Positions 44,645 through 53,775 of a stretch of 64,000 nucleotides of DNA are shown piece by piece; positions within the stretch are counted from its first letter, which is position 1, and each line of letters opens with the position of its first letter. The notes below the pieces were generated by a model. That model saw only the letters and a program-made list of their open reading frames with translations, was not told the origin of the DNA and did not search any database. Source of the stretch: Epithemia pelagica (Eukaryota > Protista > Bacillariophyta); assembly GCA_946965045.2 (NCBI GenBank), contig OX337241.1, positions 3,038,001 to 3,102,000 of the forward strand, given 5' to 3'. The translations under genes were made by a program, and so were the position numbers.

Positions 44645-46228
44645 ATGCATTGTCTTGCTCGACTCTCTCCTTGGAAACTCGCATGCAACAGACAAAATCT
44701 CACAATGTCAAAAAAAAACTCCAAAGCAAACAACAAAGTAAGGATTCACCTGTCGGGTCTTCAGACTCTTGAGCTTTTAAGAGACGTTGAGAAGCTCAAC
44801 AAGAGTCGACAGAGCCTCCGTTTTGTCTCGATCTGCGACAGGTACCCCAATACATACGGGGAAAGTGGTTCGTTGCTCCGCAGAGCATTTCAGACCAAGT
44901 GGAGCTACTTCAAGAAGCTTCCTATTGACCAGTACGTTTCTCGCCTCAAGGAACTGAAGGTCCAACCTTCTGATAAGACCTACCAAGAACTTGGCGAGTC
45001 GCAGAAGTCAGCGACCGAGGAAGAGAAGAAGGAACCCGAGACCAAGCCAGAGAAGAAGGAACCCAACGGGGAAGACGCAAGCGACTGCACCCCACCCGAC
45101 TCCGACGAGGAGTACACTGTTGACAGCGCAGAAGGCTTTGGCCTCAACGCCATCACCGACGCCATAATCCCTCCTACTCGTGCTCTCTCGAAGCAACCGA
45201 CCAAGAAAGTTGTTGCGTTTGCTGAGGCGCGCCGCTCAACCCCGACTCCAACACATTCTGTTCCATTGGAAACAGCCCCCCCTTCGAAGATTGTTGATTC
45301 ATCCACGAGGACACCGTTGATTGTTGATAACAAGAAGATGAGTGTTCCTGATTTGACTTCAAGCTTTTCGTCCCTCGAGGTAACCAATTCTTCTTCCCGA
45401 GTTCTTGAGGGAACCAAGGAGAATCCATTCGTCATCTATGTGGATCTGGATCACCCCGAGAGGAACAGGGAGTTCGAGGTCTTGTATGTGATCGACATGG
45501 TTTACAACGAGCACACCTGGAACAGCGTTTACATTCACCGATCGATTTCGCCAGGTAGCTCGGACTACACCACTTGGGAAGCACAGATCCCCAAGCCCGA
45601 AGAGTACACGCATATCCCTGGCCCCAAGGTGTTGATCAAGGGAGTTTCCAGGGACTTCTGGCTGAGGAATGTGCGACGATACCATTCTCACCCCAGAATG
45701 GGTCCTCGATGCAAGGCGTTTATCCAGGAGCACAACAAGACATACTTCGCTGTCAAGGGCAGCAAAGAGCGAGAGATGGCTTACTGGATTCTTGTTTTCC
45801 CGTCGAAAATAGTTCTGGACAACTCCGTCCTTGCTGGTGAGGAGTATGAAATACCAACAGAGATGATCCCTCTCACAATTAATCATGAGGAGGAGGACGG
45901 CGACAAAGTGCAATTCGAGGGTGGCCCAACTGGTGATCATGCTGCCAGTGTTGCTCGAGGTGAGGCAGCAGCAACGATGGCGGAGTCCGATTCTACGACT
46001 GCAAGCATTGTGGAGTTGGAGTCACAAGCGGAGAATGAAGACGAAGACGAGGATCTCCCGAATGGTATGCTTGGGATGATTGTCTTTTGGCGCATCGTCG
46101 TCAAGGGATCGTCGAGGCGTGCAAAGAACAAGCAACGCAAACAGGGAGTCAAGGATTTGTTTCTCCTCAGGGCAATGGTAAGACGACTCGGAAGAAAAAG
46201 TTTTGAGTCTTGGTACGAGTACCAGTAG
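44645..46228 (+). CDS. Transposon ORF-B (about 510-527 aa); N-terminal helical domain, possibly the Myb/SANT-like partner of the transposase
   Basis: Long open frame inside the TIRs, with a basic helical N-terminus, a low-complexity linker and a globular C-half. The SANT assignment is inference from PIF/Harbinger architecture only. Confidence 0.7.
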   Translation: MHCLARLSPWKLACNRQNLTMSKKNSKANNKVRIHLSGLQTLELLRDVEKLNKSRQSLRFVSICDRYPNTYGESGSLLRRAFQTKWSYFKKLPIDQYVSRLKELKVQPSDKTYQELGESQKSATEEEKKEPETKPEKKEPNGEDASDCTPPDSDEEYTVDSAEGFGLNAITDAIIPPTRALSKQPTKKVVAFAEARRSTPTPTHSVPLETAPPSKIVDSSTRTPLIVDNKKMSVPDLTSSFSSLEVTNSSSRVLEGTKENPFVIYVDLDHPERNREFEVLYVIDMVYNEHTWNSVYIHRSISPGSSDYTTWEAQIPKPEEYTHIPGPKVLIKGVSRDFWLRNVRRYHSHPRMGPRCKAFIQEHNKTYFAVKGSKEREMAYWILVFPSKIVLDNSVLAGEEYEIPTEMIPLTINHEEEDGDKVQFEGGPTGDHAASVARGEAAATMAESDSTTASIVELESQAENEDEDEDLPNGMLGMIVFWRIVVKGSSRRAKNKQRKQGVKDLFLLRAMVRRLGRKSFESWYEYQ

Positions 46229-46367
46229 AGTACATCACATGAAAAACTTCTTTGTGTTGTCGACAGCGACTCAGAGGCAATTGTTTCTTGGCCACTGTAC
46301 ACAGCATAAACATGCATATGAATATTGGTAGTGAGTAATCAGGTAGTAGTTTGTCGTTAAGATTTCA

Positions 46368-47339
46368 CTATTGTATTAGAACTATCAATCTTGTAGAGCA
46401 CCTACTCCTTCTCCTAGACTTGGAAACCTCAGCGCCATTATCCATTTGGTATTGCACAATGACGCATACAGCCTCGAAGGCGATTTTGTGTTTCTCTTTG
46501 CCATGACGAAAGGTGTCTTCCATCGCTCGGAAGTTTTTAATCCGTCCGTTGACACTTTCATGGCGACAGCGCGCACGGCTCTTGAAGCTCTTGAGCTCGG
46601 CACTGTCTCCGTGATACGGTAGGGAAAGCATTGACTGCTCGTGCTTGTCGTCTGAGCGGTATCCACGGTCAGCAATTACCTTTTTTCCTGGACCAATCTT
46701 CTGCTTGAGCCCTGCACGAAATACCGTTAAGTCATGTACAGCAGCTTTGAAGGGGCCATTTGTCCATACAATTTTTGGTTGAAACACAGCAACACCCAGT
46801 TCATACTTCACACCGCCATGATTGAACTTTGGGGAATAGGCCCCCTTGTCACGGTGATGGATGGGATGCTTGGGCTCCCACGTTTTGAAGTCCACTCCAT
46901 CCACAGTAAGGCAAAAAATTTCCGAGAAATCTGGCCAGGTGATTTTAATCGTCTTCATCGCCTGTATCTTCTCAATCCAACGCCACAGCCTCTTACCTTG
47001 GCAGTAGGACGCGCATACATTGAATACCGAGGCAAGAAGTTCGGCATTCTTGGGATAGACCCAAAGAAAGTAGATAGCCATAAGGAATTGCCGTAGGCCA
47101 CTCGTTGTCATCTCCTTCTCTAATAGCAAGCATTCGCCATTGACCGACGCATGTGCAAGGTCAAACCATAGAGAAGCAACAACTAAAGTAGACGAACCAT
47201 AATGCTTATGGAAAAGGTCGCTGTACTTCGTGCTCTCTCGTGCACAAGGAGGAGGATGGATGCCAAGGAAGTTCAATCCTTGCATCATCATTTCGTGAGG
47301 CGTTAGAAGCATCTTTGAATTACTATAAGAAATGTACAA
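46368..47339 (-). CDS. DDE_Tnp_4-type (PIF/Harbinger/ISL2EU-related) transposase
   Basis: TVDGVDF, YSPKFNHGGVKYE, GPFKAAVHDLTVFR, VIADRGY, RARCRHESVNGRIK give the catalytic D, D, E pattern. Confidence 0.9.
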   Translation of the reverse strand: MYISYSNSKMLLTPHEMMMQGLNFLGIHPPPCARESTKYSDLFHKHYGSSTLVVASLWFDLAHASVNGECLLLEKEMTTSGLRQFLMAIYFLWVYPKNAELLASVFNVCASYCQGKRLWRWIEKIQAMKTIKITWPDFSEIFCLTVDGVDFKTWEPKHPIHHRDKGAYSPKFNHGGVKYELGVAVFQPKIVWTNGPFKAAVHDLTVFRAGLKQKIGPGKKVIADRGYRSDDKHEQSMLSLPYHGDSAELKSFKSRARCRHESVNGRIKNFRAMEDTFRHGKEKHKIAFEAVCVIVQYQMDNGAEVSKSRRRSRCSTRLIVLIQ

Positions 47340-47465
47340 GTAGATGAAGCCTGTGTTCTGACTACTTTATTTTAGCGATAACAAGTAGACGAACTCGTTT
47401 TTGTAAACGCGAACACGAGTGGTCACAATTTTCCCGTTCTCTTTGATTGTTGGATACTACGCACC

Positions 47466-47945
47466 ATGGCGGACGAAGAATTTGAGATTGGCTGCCGCAT
47501 TGCCTTCACAGGAGGCACTTACGTTGGCATGAAGGGCTGGAGGAATGCCAGCAAGCAGGATACTGCAAAGATGGCGTACGTCGCTATCGAGAAGGAAAAT
47601 GGGCGGAAAAAGTGGACGAGGGTCCGCAAAGTGAACGTGAAGGAGATCCCCGACAACGAAGAGCCCCCCGACAACCTCGAAGATGCCATCCTCGACCAGC
47701 AAAAGGACGTCGAGGCACTTCTCCGCAAGCTTTGTAAGAAAATTGTGATGTGTGGGGTGACCGATTCATCCAGGATGACCCAGATCTTCCAGCTGTATCT
47801 CCACGACGCAATCCTGACCCAGAATACCCTTGGTCCTGCAGCAGATTGGAAGTGGGTTGTATTCGAACCCGTCGAGAATCAGTCCAATGCGACTGCTGCA
47901 CCGACTGCAGTACGTGCTGACCCTGTGGGGGGACAAACCATGTGA
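47466..47945 (+). CDS. Transposon ORF-D (159 aa); KOW/SH3-like N-terminus plus a helical domain
   Basis: FEIGCRIAFTGGTYVGMKGW...AYVAIE...WTRVRKVNV resembles a KOW motif. Open frame with strong coding-like codon bias. Confidence 0.6.
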   Translation: MADEEFEIGCRIAFTGGTYVGMKGWRNASKQDTAKMAYVAIEKENGRKKWTRVRKVNVKEIPDNEEPPDNLEDAILDQQKDVEALLRKLCKKIVMCGVTDSSRMTQIFQLYLHDAILTQNTLGPAADWKWVVFEPVENQSNATAAPTAVRADPVGGQTM

Positions 47946-48014
47946 GCGTGAAAGACCGCAACAACCAAGAATCAAGACAGTCCTCGCCCTTCGGCTCATT
48001 TACTTACCTTAGTC

Positions 48015-48721
48015 AACATTAACCCATAGTAGCAGAGATAAGATGTTTGATTGTTGCGTCGTTTGTGTTGTTGCGTCGTTTGTGGATTTGTGGATTTGTG
48101 GATTTGTGGATTTGTGGATTTGTGGATTTGTGGATTTGTGGATTTGTGGATTTGTGGATTTGTGGATTTGTGGATTTGTGGATTTGTGGATTTGTGGATT
48201 TGTGGATTTGTGGATTTGTGGATTTGTGGATTTGTGGATTTGTGGATTTGTGGATTCGTCCAGACAAGGCTGTCGAAACAACCAGTCTGAACCGCCATTT
48301 CCACCGTACCGTCGGCCATGGTCAACTTGCACGATGCACGACAATCGAGAAAAGAACACATAAGCATTCATCACGTCAAACTCATCATGTTGCACATGGC
48401 GAAGAAATTTCGTGCCATGTGCTATGCAGTCAACTGTGACTGCATGCGATGCATTCGGGACTAATTTTTTGGGGGCTTTGGGGGAGCAGCAGAAAAACAA
48501 TTCTACTTAGAATTTTCTATTTGTCTATTTAGGAACATGGCACGCTCAACAATTATCAACAATTGACAACATTTATCCACATCGCTCAACTCCGCATTGG
48601 GGGTATTGTAGTATACCGTCTTATAACGGTCTTAATAAGTAGAGCTATACCACAAAAAGTCTATTCGACATAGTAGTTTGTGGTAGTTTGTCTATATTGG
48701 TATGTGGTCCACCGAGTATCC
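48015..48721 (-). repeat. Right terminal inverted repeat (707 bp)
   Basis: Reverse complement of 42964-43720. Confidence 0.95.
48079..48253 (-). repeat. (ATTTGTGG)n microsatellite, about 22 units, inside the right TIR
   Basis: Perfect 8-bp tandem repeat, 175 bp, inverted relative to 43441-43663. Confidence 0.98.
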
Positions 48722-48789
48722 CGGGTCGCATATGTGTCGTGATTTTGGTGTTGTTACTAATCATTCACGAATTCTCATGACTACCTCTC

Positions 48790-49400
48790 GCCTGTACCTA
48801 CAATCTTTATGAAGGTAAAAGATACTAATAGGTAGTAGGTAGAAACGCTAGGAATGTTTTGTGGCGCGGGGTCGACGACAATGGACGATGTGGAATGTGG
48901 ACGGCCATATCTCAAGTTCCAACCAACCATCCACCATCACAACATGCACTGCGCAACTTTACAGCAATCGATACCGCCCCAGATGACTTTTGATGCTTAC
49001 AAGAACGAGGTTGCAATGGTCAACCGTGGAACAAGAGCAGTGTCAACAACAGCTCAATGGCGCATCATGGGATCGATTTGCCGACTGATTGGCTTTTTCG
49101 AACGACACGGTGGCCAGTGTGGCCCGAAAATTGTAACGTCACATCAATCAAATCTTGTATGAGGACGCCGAATTAGAGATGGAACCTGTGACAGACAACA
49201 ATGAGGTCGAGTTGCAGGGCTATATGCCACCACGTTGGTGTGGAAAACACCCTTTGAGTCGTTGTACCTCCAATCTAAGAAACCCAAAACAACCAACATG
49301 AATCCATTGGAGGCGTTGGGACAGTGTTCCTTGTACGACTTTGAACGTGTCGATGTGGCCCTTACGGAGGGTCGACCACTCCCCAACGACACGTATAAGA
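48790..49400 (+). pseudogene. Partial, degenerate duplicate of the SOUL-like gene 5' region
   Basis: Matches 17115-17720, for example GACGATGTGGAATGTGGACGGCCATATCTCAA and LVWKTPFESLYL. Confidence 0.8.
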
Positions 49401-50252
49401 AGATCCACGGCCTGTACACAGTGTCCTTGCTTCTCGTTGACTCGGTATGCGTAAGGAACCAACAACCAGACAGACTTGAGCCTTCATTGCATGGTTAACA
49501 TCAACAACAATAAAACATCACCTTCGTCACTGTTACGGGCATTCTCCGCTTGCGCTTCAAGGCCTGCAGCAACTGGATTGTCCTTTTTTCGTCATGTTTC
49601 TTCTTGTTCTTGGAAAAGAATACTACAAGGACTCTACTTGTCTCGACCAGAAACGTTCCACTTGGTACCCACCAACAAATTGCTGTTCTACTACAATAGG
49701 AGATTGGAAACAAATCTTGGTTGCAGGCAAGGAGCATCCTGCCATTCTTGCTGTACGAGTCGAGAGGATGACGGAGGAGCACATGCCCTATTGTTGTAAT
49801 AAGCTAGTTCCCAAGGGCATTTGTCAGGGCTCGGACAATGGCGGAAAAGAGAGACGTATTGCTGGGGTTCTTTGCGAAAGGCACCACACGAAACACTGTG
49901 AACTACTAGGACGACGCATCCCGAACAGTACAGGGCGACGAAACTGGCCTTTGCCAGTACCACGAGACAACGACAGGCACCCGTCATGATGTCCATCAAT
50001 CAGCAGTACTAGCAGGATGGAACAACAAAAGAGCAGTGTCAACAAGAAGAGGTCGGTCGAAAGCAACCTTCACGATTTGTCTCGTGACGAAAGCTCGTAC
50101 CACTCTTTGGTCCATCCATTTCGTGCAGTCAGTCGTGCTTCCCGTCCGCACCCATCAGCATCGGCATCACAACAACAGAGCAAACCTACACGTGCCTCTT
50201 ACAAGACAGTGCCTCGATCCTCATAAATTCTGTAGCCAAAACATTAAGAACC

Positions 50253-51419
50253 ATGTCCATGACATTGAAAGAACAAGCATGGCAGTCGGGCCTTGTCTTA
50301 TCGGACGACACAGCAGAATGGAATTTCGAGGACTGGCCTCCTCTTGAGGGTGGATGGCGTACGCTTCATACATCGGTCGTACTAAATCATCCCGTTAAGA
50401 GCAACTATAACAACGACAAGGCACAAACAGTCGTGGTGATGGGAGGATGCGACAAAGGTTGGAATACTACCAATTCCATTCTTGCATTGAATCTTGCAGA
50501 ACCGAACATACAGTGGCGAGAAGGACAACCTATGAACCAGAAACGTAACGGACATGCCGCCGTTGTGTGCAACGGAAGCGTCTACGTGATGGGAGGATAC
50601 TCTGAAGGTTCATGTTTAAATTGTATCGAACGAATTGACGTACAGGATTTGCTGCAATCACCATTTACAACCACCACCACTCAGGATAGTCATTGGACGA
50701 CATTGACATGTCGATTATCAACGAAACGAAAAGGATGTTGTGCTGTTGCGGTTCACAACCGAAACATCGTTGTAATGGGTGGCTATGGCGGTGGTGGAAC
50801 GTTGTCGTCGGTGGATATTATTGATACCAGCAACCACACTGTCGCTGCTGGACCAAGCATGGCTGTTCCTCGACAATTTTGTTCCAGTGCGGTCATTGGA
50901 CACCGCATCTTTGTCGTTGGAGGTCATAAGGATAATGGCAATCTTGACTCAGTGGAGTATTTGGACTATGCAACACCCTGTGACAATGATGCGACAAAGA
51001 AGGAGATAGGCTTGACATTCATTTCTTTCTCACCCACCTGGACCACTCAGTCTGGGTTGAGGCTTTCCAATGCACGAAGATATTGTGCAGTGGTTGCCGT
51101 GGGATCTTGTCTGGTTGTGGCGGGAGGATGGGGTTCAACCGTGGAAGTCTTGGATATTCACCGCAACCGCATGTGGAATCTCCCACCATTCACTAACTAC
51201 CGCAATGGCTGCAGTCTAGTGACTGTTGCCAATCAAGTTGCCGTGATTGGTGGATGGGACAATCCTACCTGTGCGACATTACCACTTCTGGATAGAAATT
51301 CATGGTGTTTTCGACGACTCTGTAAGCAGCCTCGGAACGAATGGTATTACTATCTAGAAATATCGGGCAACGGAGATGTCAATGTAACATCCAGGACCAT
51401 CTCGACATCCACTCTATAA
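50253..51419 (+). CDS. Kelch-repeat protein, copy K8 (different C-terminal tail)
   Basis: Six kelch GG motifs. After WCFRRLCKQPRNEWY the tail is unrelated to the paralogues and has no RKRAR. Confidence 0.9.
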   Translation: MSMTLKEQAWQSGLVLSDDTAEWNFEDWPPLEGGWRTLHTSVVLNHPVKSNYNNDKAQTVVVMGGCDKGWNTTNSILALNLAEPNIQWREGQPMNQKRNGHAAVVCNGSVYVMGGYSEGSCLNCIERIDVQDLLQSPFTTTTTQDSHWTTLTCRLSTKRKGCCAVAVHNRNIVVMGGYGGGGTLSSVDIIDTSNHTVAAGPSMAVPRQFCSSAVIGHRIFVVGGHKDNGNLDSVEYLDYATPCDNDATKKEIGLTFISFSPTWTTQSGLRLSNARRYCAVVAVGSCLVVAGGWGSTVEVLDIHRNRMWNLPPFTNYRNGCSLVTVANQVAVIGGWDNPTCATLPLLDRNSWCFRRLCKQPRNEWYYYLEISGNGDVNVTSRTISTSTL

Positions 51420-52180
51420 CGATTGAAGACCAATACATGATGGAGGATGGCACTTGAGAAATGTGCAACAAGTTGAACGGCCATGAGCTTGGCACGATAT
51501 AATGGTCATTATACTCTCGTACAAAACAGGAGATCGTGTCCATCCTAAGTTACGTTGTGAATCATACAAGTTAATGAAAAGCTCTATATCACTATAACCA
51601 TACACAAGTGGCTTGCTCTGTCGAAAAAGACATTACTCTAGACTGCTTTCAAAGAGCAACTCCTAGTATGGTTTGAAGACACTCACCTTGTATAGAAGAT
51701 GACCGCACATGAATTTCCTTCTGAAGTCATGGCGTTTGTGGCAGTCGGATCCATGCACCACCATGGTCACTTATCCGTGTCGTAGATAATGAGATGTTAC
51801 AGCGTCCGCCATGGCACTGCTGTCCTCTGCAAACCTTTGGATATCTGGCAACCACTCTTGGGTGGATGGCCATGGTTCCGTTCCCTCTCTGTACTGTTGA
51901 AAACTTTCTGGTCTTGATCAGAATGAATCTTCTTTCAATGGAAGATCACGGTCTTTCATGGTCTCGTTTCATCTTTTAGGCAAAAAAGGAGCGGCCTGAA
52001 GTGTGTCTGTTCAAGTGATGGCACATAAGGAACGAGAGTGTCGCTGGGACCATGACCTGATAGTTGTGGGACAGTCGGTGGGGCCATGGATTCGTAGCAA
52101 TGGCTGGATCCGACAGCAGCCAACACAGTTTGTCTTCGTTTTGTTTTCGTTGCGATGGCAGCAGTGCAAAGTATACTTCC

Positions 52181-52326
52181 CCTGTTGCAGGCAGGACAGG
52201 TTTATCGTGGGTCGTCGTCGATTCCTCTTCCTTGGTGTCAATGTCTCGTTGTGAAGGAGCCACCTGTTGCAGGCAAGACAGGTTTATCGTGGGTCGTCGT
52301 CGATTCCTCATTCATGGTGTCACTGT
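52181..52326. repeat. About 82-bp tandem duplication
   Basis: CCTGTTGCAGGCA.GACAGGTTTATCGTGGGTCGTCGTCGATTCCTC starts at 52181 and at 52263. Confidence 0.9.
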
Positions 52327-53775
52327 CGTTGTGGAGCAACCAATCCGTCGACGCGGTACAAATATTGGTGGTGCTACGATTCCCAAGACTATGCTTCTGG
52401 TGGACCTTGTTCCGACAAGGCAACTGTGTTTTGGAAGTCGTCATTTGATGGTGATGCATCGATCGACCTGTTGTGCAAGAGACGATTGTTCTTGTTGTTG
52501 GTGTTTGGCTGCTGTTGGTGGATCAGGGATTGTGATTTTTCACTTCTTGTCGTCATCCTTGATGAAAGAGATAGACGATTCGTATAGTTGGTGTTGTTTG
52601 GATGGATCAAGGCGATTCTTGTTGTCACTGTTGTCCACTTCTGATGGTTCTTCGTGGTGGAAATCGAGCATGGATGGTTTCTGCTTCTATACTTTGGTTT
52701 TGTTATTGGTTACACCACTCCACCACGACAATCTTTGTACCTCGAGCTAATCGGCAGAATCAGCAAGAAGCGACAACAAGCACAAGAGGGGCTATATGAC
52801 AAACTCCCCGAACAAAACCTTGCCACGAGCAGGACAGGAATGTTGATTGATTGTCAAGTCTGGCTTCTCTTATTTGTCGTGAAATCCTCATCAAGTTTGG
52901 CTCTATTTTGGCTGTAGGTCCTTTTGCCGGAACCTCTGACACATAAAACTCTTGTACGTTCTCGACCCCAGGTGGATCCAAGCGACCAATCGAGACGACA
53001 ACATCACCCATTGGCACATGTAGCACCGGTCCTGAAACCCATCTTGGCGAACGGAGGCCATTGAACCAGTGCGATATGCGGCCGTCTTTCACAATAATTG
53101 GACGACATGCGCGAGCATTCCTAACAAGAACCGGCGAAGACGGCACGAGATGGTTTTGGCTCTCCCAAAAATGATGATTGATGGAGTCGTTTGCGGTCCA
53201 ACCACATCCACGTGACATTCTCGAAAGCGATCCAAAGAAGACGACTGCAGGCGTCTGCTGCTAATGCAACACGGGAAGCAAGTCAGAATGGGATGAATGG
53301 CATCATTTTCCTTCTGGTCCATCATGTCGTCGGATTCTCGTCTCTGTGTGATTGTACTTGTGGCCTTGCTTCTTTCACTATACCCGATGAGTGATGCCCA
53401 TTCGAATCATTGGATCAAGAAGGCAAGAAGACCACTCTCTTGCAACATCTCTCTGTTGAAGTTGTTGTCGTTGTGAACAGACTGTATAGGACCAAAGGAA
53501 GAATTGTGTGGAAATTAGGGATTGTCAATCTGTGGACCTATTCATCATACAAAAGGACCTCTTCATCACAAATGCTGTCACTCTCTCCCTTTCGTCGTCG
53601 ACCAAAAGATACTTTTTGGGGCTTGTCATTTCGATTTATTGCTAACCGAATACCAAATAAACAAAATTTCAAACCGAATAATTTATAAATCGGTCGATAC
53701 TAACTGCTTGAAAGTTAAGTCCGTTCACATCTAACCGTTTAATCGTCTTCGTTATATTTTTATCCTTTTGTGGTT

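Larger units (their letters stand above)
42964..48721. mobile_element. PIF/Harbinger-related (PHIS, DDE_Tnp_4-type) DNA transposon, 5.76 kb, with very long TIRs and four ORFs
   Basis: TIRs at 42964-43720 and 48015-48721 (GGATACTCGGT...ACCGAGTATCC). CGG on both sides (42961-63 and 48722-24). An empty paralogous site exists at ~29540-29570. Internal DDE transposase. Confidence 0.9.

Noticed and set aside
3057-51419. V(D)J-like recombination of kelch genes by the RAG1-like protein
   Set aside because: Attractive, but I found no heptamer-spacer-nonamer-like or other inverted signals flanking kelch genes or blades. The mosaic pattern fits homologous exchange, and adjacency to one transposase in a TE-rich region is expected by chance.
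6806-51419. Diversity-generating retroelement acting on kelch loops
   Set aside because: No template/variable repeat pair with adenine-specific mismatches and no DGR-type RT. The only RT is a Copia pol.
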